Source of the DNA: an uncultured Gammaproteobacteria bacterium
GTDB lineage: Bacteria; Pseudomonadota; Gammaproteobacteria; JAKDMP01
Direction: 5' to 3'
Assembly (NCBI GenBank): GCA_963843735.1
Contig: CAWJLN010000009.1
Coordinates: forward strand, 398,574 to 462,573
Length of the DNA: 64,000 nt
Below are positions 20,649 through 29,892 of this stretch, piece by piece (position 1 is the first letter of the stretch; each line of letters opens with the position of its first letter). The translations under genes were made by a program, and so were the position numbers. The notes under the pieces were generated by a model. It did no database searches and was not told the DNA's origin. It worked only from the letters and a program-made list of their open reading frames with translations.

Positions 20649-20933
20649 TTACCACCTGGGACGATTTTGTCCGCCGCCGTTGCGCGGCTTGTCTATGGCC
20701 ATGTTTACCTTGAGCGGCCGTCCGTCCAGGTCCTTGCCGTTTTCTTCCAGGGCCTTTTCCGCGGCCTCTTGCGTGGCGAACGTGATGAATCCGAAGCCCT
20801 TCGGACGGCCGGTGTCCCGGTCCATGATCAGGGCGAGTTCGGAGATTTCTCCGTATTTGGAGAAAATACCGCGCAGTTGCGCTTCGTCCACCGAGTACGG
20901 GAAGTTGCCGACATATAACTTGTTCTGTGACAT
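20649..20933 (-). CDS. RNA-binding protein with single RRM domain
   Basis: RNP2 KLYVGNF, RNP1 KGFGFITF, short Gly/Arg tail. Confidence 0.95.
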   Translation of the reverse strand: MSQNKLYVGNFPYSVDEAQLRGIFSKYGEISELALIMDRDTGRPKGFGFITFATQEAAEKALEENGKDLDGRPLKVNMAIDKPRNGGGQNRPRW

Positions 20934-21024
20934 TACAATCTCTCTAAAATGATTAACAAAATTCGAACGTTGTTACCGTTGCAGCCGGCGATATTTGCTA
21001 TAGCCGGCCAAAAAGTAACTCCCC

Positions 21025-21033
21025 TTTATACCA
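21025..21033 (-). promoter_or_regulatory. Possible extended -10 element (TGG TATAAA) upstream of the RRM gene
   Basis: Sequence match only, about 90 nt before the start, in an AT-rich leader. Confidence 0.35.
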
Positions 21034-21276
21034 CGTTGGGGGGAATATAGATAGTAAAAGACCGTGCAAAGCACTCGAAAACACCATATTCAGACGAAAT
21101 AAATCAATGGCGCCAGCCGCCGCCGGCTTCTCCAAAGCCGTATTCGCGCGTGCAAAAAAGGGTTGCATCCCCATTTTTTCGGGTGATGACGGAGTCGCGG
21201 CATCTGCCGCGGAGATGGTTGCAGCGGCGACGTAATGCAATAATACGCCCCGACACGATTCCCTTGGAGAGCCGCT

Positions 21277-22590
21277 GTGAAAGCGATGGTCGCCGCGATC
21301 CTGCTGGCCTGCGCGACACCTGCGATGGCGGTGCAGCCGCCGCTCGTACTCGAACATGTCGCCGTCATTGACGGGACCGGTACGGCCGCACAAAAGAACA
21401 TGACCGTGGTCGTCGAGGACGGACGCATCCAGGCGCTCTACCCGAGTGGCAGCCAGCCGACGCCGAAAGACGCAACGGTCGAAAACCTGAGCGGGCACTA
21501 CCTCATTCCCGGCCTGATTGACGCTCATGTGCACATCACCGACGTCGAGCCGGACGCTGCGCACTACAAGCCGTTCTTCAAGGCCCTGCTGCTTGGCGGT
21601 GTCACCACCGTGCGCGACATGGCCGGCGACGACCGCCTGCTCGGTTACCTCGCCCGCGAAACCAATTCCGGCGCCTTTCCCGCACCAGATCTTTACTACG
21701 CCGCGCTGCTTTCGGGTCCGACGTTCTTCCAGGAAGATAAACGCGCCCAGGCCGCGTCGGCCGGCGATCCACTCGGCTTCGCGCCGTGGATGCAGGCGGT
21801 TTCCGGCACCACCGACATTCCGCTCGCGATCGCCGAGGCCAAGGGCACCGGCGCGACCGGCGTCAAACTCTACGCCAATCTTCCGGTGGCGCTGGTGAAG
21901 CAACTCGCCGCCGAGGCGCACCGCCAAGGGTTGCAAGTGTGGACGCACGCGACCATCTTTCCTGCCGCGCCGCACGACGCGGTCGATGCCGGTGCCGACA
22001 CCATCTCGCACAGCCCGTATCTCATCTGGGAAGCGGCGCCGCACGTACCGAGCGACTACGGCGTGCGCGCCATGGGCGACTTCGAGCATATTCCGCCGAA
22101 CGCGCCGGCGATCCTTGCCCTGTTCAAGGACATGAAGGCGCACAAGACGATCCTAGATGCGACACTCGACGTATTCCGGCTCGAGGCCGAACACCATCCG
22201 CAATCGGTGGGCAAGGGCATCATGCCGTGGAGCTACGCGGTGACGAAGCTCGCCCACGAGCACGGCATCCCGATAGATGCCGGCACCGACAGCGCGGGCC
22301 TGCCGTTCGGCAAGGACGCGCCCGATCTTTCCGCCATGCCCGAAATTCACACCGAGATGGCGCTGCTTGTCGAGCATTGCGACTTCACGCCGGTCGAGGC
22401 GATCCAGGCCGCCACCGAGTTCAGTTCCATGGCAGTCGGCCACGGCGCCGATCGCGGCACCATCACGCCCGGCAAGCGCGCCGATCTCGTCGTGCTCGAC
22501 GCCGATCCGAGCAAGGACATCCACAACACGACCAGGATCGCCTTCGTCGTCAAGAACGGCACGATCTTCCGTTCCAACGCCAAGCCATAG
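21277..22590 (+). CDS. Secreted amidohydrolase family protein
   Basis: GTG start, signal peptide ending AMA; PGLIDAHVH, GVKLY, GTDS, PGKRADLVVL. Confidence 0.9.
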   Translation: MKAMVAAILLACATPAMAVQPPLVLEHVAVIDGTGTAAQKNMTVVVEDGRIQALYPSGSQPTPKDATVENLSGHYLIPGLIDAHVHITDVEPDAAHYKPFFKALLLGGVTTVRDMAGDDRLLGYLARETNSGAFPAPDLYYAALLSGPTFFQEDKRAQAASAGDPLGFAPWMQAVSGTTDIPLAIAEAKGTGATGVKLYANLPVALVKQLAAEAHRQGLQVWTHATIFPAAPHDAVDAGADTISHSPYLIWEAAPHVPSDYGVRAMGDFEHIPPNAPAILALFKDMKAHKTILDATLDVFRLEAEHHPQSVGKGIMPWSYAVTKLAHEHGIPIDAGTDSAGLPFGKDAPDLSAMPEIHTEMALLVEHCDFTPVEAIQAATEFSSMAVGHGADRGTITPGKRADLVVLDADPSKDIHNTTRIAFVVKNGTIFRSNAKP

Positions 22591-22639
22591 TGGAACGTCG
22601 GGTCTGAATGATCGCGGCGGGCGCCGCGGGACTTCATCG

Positions 22640-23266
22640 CTAGTCGCGTTGCGTCGAGGGAACGGCGGGAACTTCACGGGGGCGGGAAAGGCACAGCCAG
22701 GCTGCGACGGGGCTCGGCAGATTAGCCCGGAACTCGACCGAGCGGAGTGCCAGGATTTCCAGTGCCGGCTCGACGGCGCCGACGACGTCGCGGGCGGAAC
22801 GGCGCGGCGGACCCCAGTCCCGTTCGGGACCTTCGGTGCTGCCGATGAGACTCAGCCAGCGGCCGTTGCGCGAAAGCAGCGACGCCACGCGCTCGGCGAA
22901 TCGTTCGCGGTCCTCGTGCTTGTCGAAGATGTGGAAGCAGCCGCGATCGAAGACGAAGTCGAACGGGCCGCCGGAAAGCGTGTCGTTCAAAAAATCCAGC
23001 GTCTCGAAGCGGCAGTCCAGATTCGTGCCGTCCGCCTTCGCGCGCGCCTGTTCGATGGCGAGCGGCGCGATGTCCACTCCGAGCACTGTGAAGTTCTGTC
23101 CCGCGAGCCAGAGTGCGTTCGTGCCCGTGCCGCAGCCGACGTCGAGCGTCCGGCCCGGTGTGATGGCGCCGGAGCGCACGAATTCGACGAGATGGTTGTC
23201 CGGCTCGCCGGTATCCCACGGCATATCGCCGGTTAGGTAACTCTCGTTCCAGTCGCGATGCGGCAT
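22640..23266 (-). CDS. Class I SAM-dependent methyltransferase (thiopurine-methyltransferase-like)
   Basis: PWDTGEP, LDVGCGTG, FDFVFDRGCFH. Confidence 0.88.
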   Translation of the reverse strand: MPHRDWNESYLTGDMPWDTGEPDNHLVEFVRSGAITPGRTLDVGCGTGTNALWLAGQNFTVLGVDIAPLAIEQARAKADGTNLDCRFETLDFLNDTLSGGPFDFVFDRGCFHIFDKHEDRERFAERVASLLSRNGRWLSLIGSTEGPERDWGPPRRSARDVVGAVEPALEILALRSVEFRANLPSPVAAWLCLSRPREVPAVPSTQRD

Positions 23267-23296
23267 AGGATTTCCGGATTTGCGTTCCTTAAAATT

Positions 23297-23900
23297 CTAT
23301 CGCGAAGCTTTCTCGTTTCGATACGGCGCGTAGCAGTAATACTTCGGTCGGCTGTCCAGACGCACATGCAGCCAGGCAACTCCGGCGCCCGCCGTGTTCA
23401 GCCAGATCGGCGCCGTGCCGAGATGTGTGTCCAACGATTCTCCGACTCTTTGCCAGAGTCGGTCGCGCTGCTCTTCCGGCGCGCTGCGGACGAAGGCGCC
23501 GAGATGTGCATAGGCGGACAAAGGCGTCCCGGGGCACGGCACCACCAGGAAGGCGTCATTGCCGAGATTAGGAAAAGCGAGAACCTCGGGCGCCCGATGG
23601 CCATTGAACTGCACGTCGAAGACGTCCGGCTCCGGTGGGCAGAGGAGTTCGAGGGCTCTCCAGCACCACGTACTCGAACGGCCGATCCAGATTGCATCGA
23701 GTCACGGGTGGCGTTTCCCAGCGAAAGGCCTCGAACGGTATCCCCGCCAGCGCGTCGTTAAAGAATGTCCGGAATCCGGTGCTCATCTTCAGCAGCTCGG
23801 TCACCGCAGCGAACGTCAGGCACTCGTCGTTCTTCCGAATCCGAATCTTCCGTCCCTCGAACCCGGGCAGCTCGTCGGTCTCGCTTGTCCATTCGCTCAT
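23297..23900 (-). pseudogene. DUF6940-like protein with one frameshift near 23655
   Basis: FEAFRWETPPV in one frame; NLGNDAFLVVP and WLNTAGAGVAWLHVRLDSRPKYY in the next frame. Confidence 0.65.
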
Positions 23901-24340
23901 CAGCAATGATAACTGGAAGCAGGTGGTACTCGCGTCCGCTGTGTCGCAGCGCTCTCAAACGACGGGAGATGGCGCTGTGAATCACGTGTGCCAAGGCTCT
24001 TATCTGGTGGCTGTAAAGCAGAAGCTGGATTCCAGAGCGTGATGAGGATGTCTAGCATGGAGACATCAAGCAAGCCTGCAAATACGAAGAACTCGGGGTT
24101 TATCACAGAAGGATGACCATACGAGATGGCGACGCCAAGCACTTTTCGCCACCGCGGCCAGTCGCGCAACTGGCCTGATCGCAGACTTTTCAGAATTCTA
24201 ATGAGATGGAACACGCATGACTCCGCCCCAGCGGATGCAGGGTATCTTGATGGGGGGCTGATGATCGTGATTCAAGACGGCGCCTTCAAGCAGGAAGGCG
24301 ACCATGTCTAACGGACGCAGCCACCTGCGCCGGCCTTGGA

Positions 24341-26176
24341 TCAGTAGCCGATGACTTCACCGTCCTTGCGCATTTCGCTCGCGCCCCAGTACACGTGCTG
24401 CACGGGATCCCACTGGATCGCCTCGTAGCCGCCGAAGGCGCCGGTGCCGGGCACGATCTTGTAGCCGCGCTTGGCCAGTTCCGCCTTTACGGCCGGATCG
24501 AAACCCGTTTCCATCTCCACCGTACCGATGCCCTGCGACGGCAGGCCGGTCGGGGTGGCGTCGCCGTAATGCCGCCAGCGGGCGGCGTCGCCGGCTTCCT
24601 GCACGTTCATGCCGAAATCAATCATGTTGATCAGCACCTGCGCCTGGCCCTGCGGCTGCATGTCGCCGCCCATCAGACCGAACGCCATCCACGGCTGGCC
24701 GCCCTTCATTACGAAGGCGGGGATGATGGTATGGAACGGCCGCTTGCGGGGTGCGTACACATTCGCGGCCCCGCTGTGCAGAGAATACAGCGCGCCGCGG
24801 TCCTGGAACATGAAGCCGAGCCCGTCGGCAACCAGACCCGAACCCATGCCGGCGTAGTTGGACTGGATCATCGAGACCATCATGCCGCTCGAGTCGGCGG
24901 TTTCGAAGTCGGTGGTATCGCCGTTGAACAGATGCGGATCGCCGGGGCCGATGTTCGGATTGGCATGGTTGAGATTAATCAGCTTGCGGCGCTGATCGGC
25001 GTACTTGTCGGAGAGCAGGCCCTTGATCGGCGCGTTGTAGAAGCGCGGATCGGCGTAGTACTTCGCGAGATCGGCGTAAGCGAGGCGCTTGGCTTCGATC
25101 TCCGCGGTCAGTTCGTCGGCGGTGCCGACGCCCATCTTCTTGAGGTCGAAGCCCTTGAGGATGTTGAGCATCTCCAGCGTGGCGAAGCCCTGCCCGTTCG
25201 GCGGCAGCTCGTACACGTCGTAGCCGCGGTAGTTGATCGACTCCGGTTGCACCCACGCGCCGTGGAAGCTGGCGAAGTCGGAGTAGCGAAGATCACCGCC
25301 GATGCGCTTGAAGTAATCGGCCATCGTGTGCGCGACCTTGCCCTTGTAGAACACGTCGCGCCCACCCTTCGCGATCATCGAAAGCGTGTTCGCGAGATCG
25401 GGATTGCGGAACACCTCGCCCTGGTACGGCGTGTGCCCGTCGATCAGGTAGGTCTTCTGCGCGTTCGCGAACTCCTCGATCAACTTCCGGTTCCTCTCGA
25501 ACGCCTTCCAGTTTCCCTTCCAGTATTTCGCGACGATTTCCGTCACCGGGAAACCGTTCTTGGCATAAGCGATCGCCGGCGCGAGGTCTTCGCTGATCGG
25601 GAGCTTGCCGAATTTCGCATGCAGCGCGAACCAGGTATCAACCACGCCCGGCACCGTGATCGGGAGCGTGCCGAACAAGGGAATCTGGTCCGAGGGTTTC
25701 ATGCCGGCTTTCTTGTAGGCGGCCGCAACCTCGGACTGCATCTTGGCGAGATCGCGGCCCTTCGGCGACCAGCCGGAACCGTTATAGCCGTAAAGCTTGT
25801 GCGTCTTGGGATCGTAGACGATGACGAAGCAGTCGCCGCCGATGCCGTTCAGCACCGGCTGCATCACGCCGAGCACCGCGTTGGCCGCGATCGCGGCATC
25901 CACCGCGCTGCCGCCCTTCTTCAAAATCTCGACGGCAGCGAGCGAGGCGAGCGGTTGTTCGGTCGCCGCCATGCCGTGCCGCGCGAGCACCGGCGAGCGC
26001 GACGCCCACGGCGCGCCGGCATAACGGTCGCCACGGCCGATGCCGGCGTAGGCGGTGGACATGCCGAACACGCCAATCGCAAGCAGCATCGCTGCCGCGC
26101 CCGACAGCCATTTGCTGGTCGCGGTATTACGCGATGGGCTCACATGCAAACGCCTGATCTCATTCATCGGCTTCAC
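24341..26176 (-). CDS. ggt: Gamma-glutamyltransferase
   Basis: GGSAVDAAIAA, GIGGD, nucleophile Thr in GDTT, KRPFHTIIP, MGGDMQPQG; N-terminal export signal; exact start uncertain. Confidence 0.93.
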   Translation of the reverse strand: MKPMNEIRRLHVSPSRNTATSKWLSGAAAMLLAIGVFGMSTAYAGIGRGDRYAGAPWASRSPVLARHGMAATEQPLASLAAVEILKKGGSAVDAAIAANAVLGVMQPVLNGIGGDCFVIVYDPKTHKLYGYNGSGWSPKGRDLAKMQSEVAAAYKKAGMKPSDQIPLFGTLPITVPGVVDTWFALHAKFGKLPISEDLAPAIAYAKNGFPVTEIVAKYWKGNWKAFERNRKLIEEFANAQKTYLIDGHTPYQGEVFRNPDLANTLSMIAKGGRDVFYKGKVAHTMADYFKRIGGDLRYSDFASFHGAWVQPESINYRGYDVYELPPNGQGFATLEMLNILKGFDLKKMGVGTADELTAEIEAKRLAYADLAKYYADPRFYNAPIKGLLSDKYADQRRKLINLNHANPNIGPGDPHLFNGDTTDFETADSSGMMVSMIQSNYAGMGSGLVADGLGFMFQDRGALYSLHSGAANVYAPRKRPFHTIIPAFVMKGGQPWMAFGLMGGDMQPQGQAQVLINMIDFGMNVQEAGDAARWRHYGDATPTGLPSQGIGTVEMETGFDPAVKAELAKRGYKIVPGTGAFGGYEAIQWDPVQHVYWGASEMRKDGEVIGY

Positions 26177-26356
26177 TCCGCATCATGCAATTGGGAATCC
26201 GCGGCCATAATAGCACCGGCGGCGGGCATCGGCAGGTGTATATAACGGCGACGAACGATTGCGCAGATCAGGTAAAACGCAAGACCTGGTAATCCCCCCG
26301 GAAAGTAGCGGAGATCAGAAGTAGAATTTTCTCTTAACGGAATGAGGAGGTTCTAC

Positions 26357-26623
26357 GTGAAGAAGTCTCGATTCAGCGACAGTCAGATCATGAGCATTTT
26401 GAAGCAGGCCGAGGCGGGTACGCCGGTGGCCGAGCTATGCCGGGAGCACGGCATGAGCGGTGCGCTGTTCTACCGCTGGCGGGCGAAGTACGGGGGGATG
26501 GACGCCTCGCTGATGCGCCGTCTCAGGGAGTTGGAGGAGGAGAACCGGCGGCTGAAGAAGATGTACGCCGAGGAGCGGCTCAAGGCGGAGATTGTGAGCG
26601 AGGCGCTCACAAAAAAATGGTGA
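26357..26623 (+). CDS. IS3 transposase OrfA (HTH)
   Basis: RBS GAGGAGG, GTG start; [30 protein letters not shown]. Confidence 0.9.
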   Translation: MKKSRFSDSQIMSILKQAEAGTPVAELCREHGMSGALFYRWRAKYGGMDASLMRRLRELEEENRRLKKMYAEERLKAEIVSEALTKKW

Positions 26624-27444
26624 GGCCATCTCGGCGCCGCGAGATGGCCAGGCAAGCGGTTAAGAGACGAGGCGTAAGCATTCGGGCGGCGTGTGCGGCC
26701 TTTGCGCTGAGCGAGACCTGCTACCGCTACGAACCCAAGCACTCAGAGGAGAATGGCGAGATCGCCGAGTGGCTGATCCGCTTGACGCACAATCAGAGGA
26801 ACTGGGGCTTCGGGCTGTGCTTTCTGTATCTGAGGAACGTCAAGGGCTACGGCTGGAACCACAAGCGGGTGTATCGGATCTATCGGGCGCTGGAACTGAA
26901 CCTGCGCATCAAGCCGAGAAAGCGCCTGGTGCGCGAGAAGCCCCAAGCCCTGGCCGTACCACAAGCGATCAACGCGGTCTGGTCCATGGACTTCATGCAC
27001 GATCAGCTCGCCGACGGGCGCAGCTTGCGCCTGTTCAACGTCATTGACGACTACAACCGCGAGGGTCTCGGCATCGAGGTCGGCTTCTCGCTGCCTGCCG
27101 CGCGGGTAATCCGTGCTCTGGAGCGGATCATCGAATGGCGAGGTGCACCGCGGGCGATCCGCTGCGACAACGGCCCCGAATACATCAGCGGGGAGTTGCT
27201 CGCCTGGGCGCGCAAGCGCGCCATCCGCATCGACTACATCCAGCCCGGCAAACCGCAGCAAAACGCCTACATCGAGCGCTACAACCGCACCGTGCGCTAC
27301 GACTGGCTCGCCCATTACCTGTTCGATACGATCCACGAGGTGCAGGCGTTCGCTACCCGCTGGCTGTGGACGTATAATCACGAGCGGCCCAATATGGGCC
27401 TCGGTGGCGTGACACCCATGCAGAAGTTGGCCATGGCGGCCTAA
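26620..27444 (+). CDS. IS3 transposase OrfB (DDE), probably expressed by -1 frameshift at A7 (26611-26617)
   Basis: [23 protein letters not shown] integrase-core motifs in the -1 frame. Confidence 0.9.
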   Translation: MRPSRRREMARQAVKRRGVSIRAACAAFALSETCYRYEPKHSEENGEIAEWLIRLTHNQRNWGFGLCFLYLRNVKGYGWNHKRVYRIYRALELNLRIKPRKRLVREKPQALAVPQAINAVWSMDFMHDQLADGRSLRLFNVIDDYNREGLGIEVGFSLPAARVIRALERIIEWRGAPRAIRCDNGPEYISGELLAWARKRAIRIDYIQPGKPQQNAYIERYNRTVRYDWLAHYLFDTIHEVQAFATRWLWTYNHERPNMGLGGVTPMQKLAMAA

Positions 27445-27600
27445 ACCCTACTTCTGACCACCGCTAAATATGGGGGGATTACCACCTGATTCCGTTGCAC
27501 GCGCCTGGGATCGGTGCCATGTGTGGTGTACTCTATCGGCATCCGGCAGACAAGGGATGCCGGCATCCGACGAACCGGAGCACCACGGAAGGAGAAGGCG

Positions 27601-28554
27601 ATGCGCATTGCAAGCGTGGGTCATGCGGTCTTTGCGGCGACCCTTATCTCCCTCGGCATCCTGGGCCTGATCAATGGCGATTTCGCCCCGATATGGCAGG
27701 GAGTGCCCAAGGGCTTGCCGGCACGCGAGGCACTGGCCTATCTCTGCGCCGTCGTTTCCCTCGCCTGCGGTATGGGTTTGTTCTTCCGGCGTACCGCCGT
27801 CATCGCCGCCCGCGTGCTGCTCGCCTATCTCGTGCTTTGGTTGCTGCTGTTGAGATTGCGCGACATCTTCCCTGCGCCCACAGTATTCGGTTCCTGGTAT
27901 GGCTGCGTCGAGACCGCGGTGATCGTGGCGGGCGCCTGGGTCCTGTATGCCTGGTTCGCCGCCGATCGAGACAAGCGGTGGCTCGGTTTCGCCACCGGCG
28001 ACAGGGGCGTGCGCATCGCAAGGATACTCTTCGGCCTGGCCTTGATTTTCTTCGGCGTGAGCCATTTCGTCTATGTCAATTTGACTACACCGCTGGTGCC
28101 TGGCTGGCTGCCGGCGCCTCTGCTTTGGGCTTATTTTTTCGGCTGTACCTACATCGCGGCGGGCGTGGCGGTGCTCATCGGCGTGTATGCACGGCTCGCC
28201 GCCGCGCTCGCGGCGGTGCAGATGGGCATGTTCACGCTGCTGGTGTGGGCGCCCATGGTGGCGGCAGGGCACATCAGCGCCCGCCACTGGATCGAGTTCG
28301 TCGTCTCCTGGACGCTGACGGCCGCCGCCTGGGTGGTCGCGGATTCTTACCGCGCTACGCCCTGGTTCGTCGTGCGCGAGTGCCGGAAAAGGGTAGTGTC
28401 AAGTATTTTGCGCACTTTCGGTTTGGCGGGGTTCCGAATCATGGTTGCTTTCAGGCCGAAGCCTGCTCGGTTTCATCGAGCCGCTGCTGTTTGGCGAGCG
28501 GCTCCATGTTCAGGTAGCGTTTCACGCCCCAGGTCGTTCCCGCGACGTGTCTGA
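27601..28554 (+). CDS. DoxX-like membrane protein; native C-terminus (RSEAQ*, 29790-29792) replaced by read-through into IS256
   Basis: RBS GGAGAAGG, ATG 27601; multi-TM; [15 protein letters not shown] pattern; removing the IS and one TSD copy restores the frame to TGA 29790. Confidence 0.75.
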   Translation: MRIASVGHAVFAATLISLGILGLINGDFAPIWQGVPKGLPAREALAYLCAVVSLACGMGLFFRRTAVIAARVLLAYLVLWLLLLRLRDIFPAPTVFGSWYGCVETAVIVAGAWVLYAWFAADRDKRWLGFATGDRGVRIARILFGLALIFFGVSHFVYVNLTTPLVPGWLPAPLLWAYFFGCTYIAAGVAVLIGVYARLAAALAAVQMGMFTLLVWAPMVAAGHISARHWIEFVVSWTLTAAAWVVADSYRATPWFVVRECRKRVVSSILRTFGLAGFRIMVAFRPKPARFHRAAAVWRAAPCSGSVSRPRSFPRRV

Positions 28555-29769
28555 GACGCGCGGCGGCGAGCATCAGCGCCGAGTGCCCGTCGGGGAAGGC
28601 GCCGACGACACGGGTGCGCCGGCGGATCTCGCGCATGAGCCGCTCCAGCGGATTGTTGGTGCGGATGCGCCGCCAGTGGGTCTCGGGAAAAGCGTAGTAG
28701 GTGAGCGTCTCGCCGATGGCGTTCTCGACCTTCTCGGCGGCCTTCGCGAGTCGCATGGCTTTGAGCTTGGCTACCACCTGGCGGGCTTTCTCCTGGGCCG
28801 CTTCACGATCCTCGCTCGCGTGAATGGCCTTGAGCATGGCGGCCACCGCGCGCACCTTGGCGTTGGGCACCACGCTGAACACGTTCCGGTAGAAGTGCAC
28901 CACGCAGCGCTGCCAGCGCGCTTCGGGGTAATGCTCGGCGAGCGCCTCGACCAGACCCAGGCAGGCATCGGAGATGAACAACTCGGTGCCCGTGAGGCCG
29001 CGTGTCTTGAGATGGCCCACGAATGCGCTCCAGCCCGCCTTGTCCTCCTTCGCCCCCTCGGCGATGCCCAGCACCTGGCGGTAGCCCTCGGCATTGACGC
29101 CGATGGCGACCAGCACGCTGACGTTCCTGACTTCCCCGCCCCAACTGCGCTTCAAGACGATGCCGTCCAGGTACACATACGGGAAGGCGCCGGTGATCGG
29201 GCGGTTGCGCCACGCCTCGATGCGCGCATACATCTTCTGGTTCAGCCGGCTGACCGTGCCCGCCGAGACCCGCGTCCCCCACAGCGCCTCGGTGATGTCC
29301 TCGACCCGGCGCACCGAGACCCCGGCCAGATACATCTCCATCAGCGCCTCCTCCACACTCGCCTCGCGCCGCCGATACCGCTCGATGATCGCGGTCTCAA
29401 ACGGCAGTGTCCTGAGCTTGGGCACCTTCAGCTTCACCTCGCCCGCTCGGGTGTGCAGCCCGCGCTCGTAGTGCCCGGCGCGATAATCCCGGCGCCGACC
29501 GCTGCGCTCATAGCGGCTCGCCCCGCACAGCCTGTCGGCCTCCGCATCGAGCAGCCCGTTCAGCGTCTCCTCCACAGTGCCGCGCACAATCCCGTCCAAA
29601 TGCCGCTGTACCTTCGCTTCGTCAATCTCGATCACTTTGCCCAAGGCGGGCGGCGTAGTATCCTGTTCCATGGCGGTGGTCTCCTTCCAGTCAATGATGG
29701 GTTGTAGCTTCATTTAACCAGATCGGGACCGCCGCTCCTCCAAAGTGCGAAAAATACGTTACGTTATCC
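28392..29769 (-). mobile_element. IS256 family element, copy 1 (1378 bp)
   Basis: Ends defined by comparing the two copies; imperfect IRs sharing GTATTTTnCGCACTTT; flanking direct repeat GGAAAAG (28385-28391, 29770-29776; could be read as 8 bp CGGAAAAG). Confidence 0.93.
28451..29671 (-). CDS. IS256 family transposase
   Basis: [45 protein letters not shown]; RBS AAGGAG before ATG 29671. Confidence 0.95.
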   Translation of the reverse strand: MEQDTTPPALGKVIEIDEAKVQRHLDGIVRGTVEETLNGLLDAEADRLCGASRYERSGRRRDYRAGHYERGLHTRAGEVKLKVPKLRTLPFETAIIERYRRREASVEEALMEMYLAGVSVRRVEDITEALWGTRVSAGTVSRLNQKMYARIEAWRNRPITGAFPYVYLDGIVLKRSWGGEVRNVSVLVAIGVNAEGYRQVLGIAEGAKEDKAGWSAFVGHLKTRGLTGTELFISDACLGLVEALAEHYPEARWQRCVVHFYRNVFSVVPNAKVRAVAAMLKAIHASEDREAAQEKARQVVAKLKAMRLAKAAEKVENAIGETLTYYAFPETHWRRIRTNNPLERLMREIRRRTRVVGAFPDGHSALMLAAARLRHVAGTTWGVKRYLNMEPLAKQQRLDETEQASA

Positions 29770-29892
29770 GGAAAAGATCCGAAGCGCAGTGATTCGATGA
29801 GGCGAATGGGTTGGCAAAACTGCCCCCTCGGTAAAAGGGCCGGACTGAGCCGACCCCTTTTGCTGACGGGAGTGCCTGCCGAAGTATGAAAC

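Larger units (their letters stand above)
26288..27483 (+). mobile_element. IS3 family element (IS407-group-like), 1196 bp
   Basis: Terminal IRs GGTAATCCCCCC/GGGGGGATTACC with further internal similarity; 4-bp direct repeat ACCT (26284-26287, 27484-27487); orfA/orfB with A7 slip site. Confidence 0.92.

Noticed and set aside
23900-24340. Short ORFs between the DUF6940-like gene and ggt
   Set aside because: No RBS, motif or coding signal that I can support
29805-29890. Possible c-di-GMP-I riboswitch (GGCAAA...)
   Set aside because: It lacks the GAAA tetraloop and GCAAAGC junction arrangement and has no downstream gene on that strand
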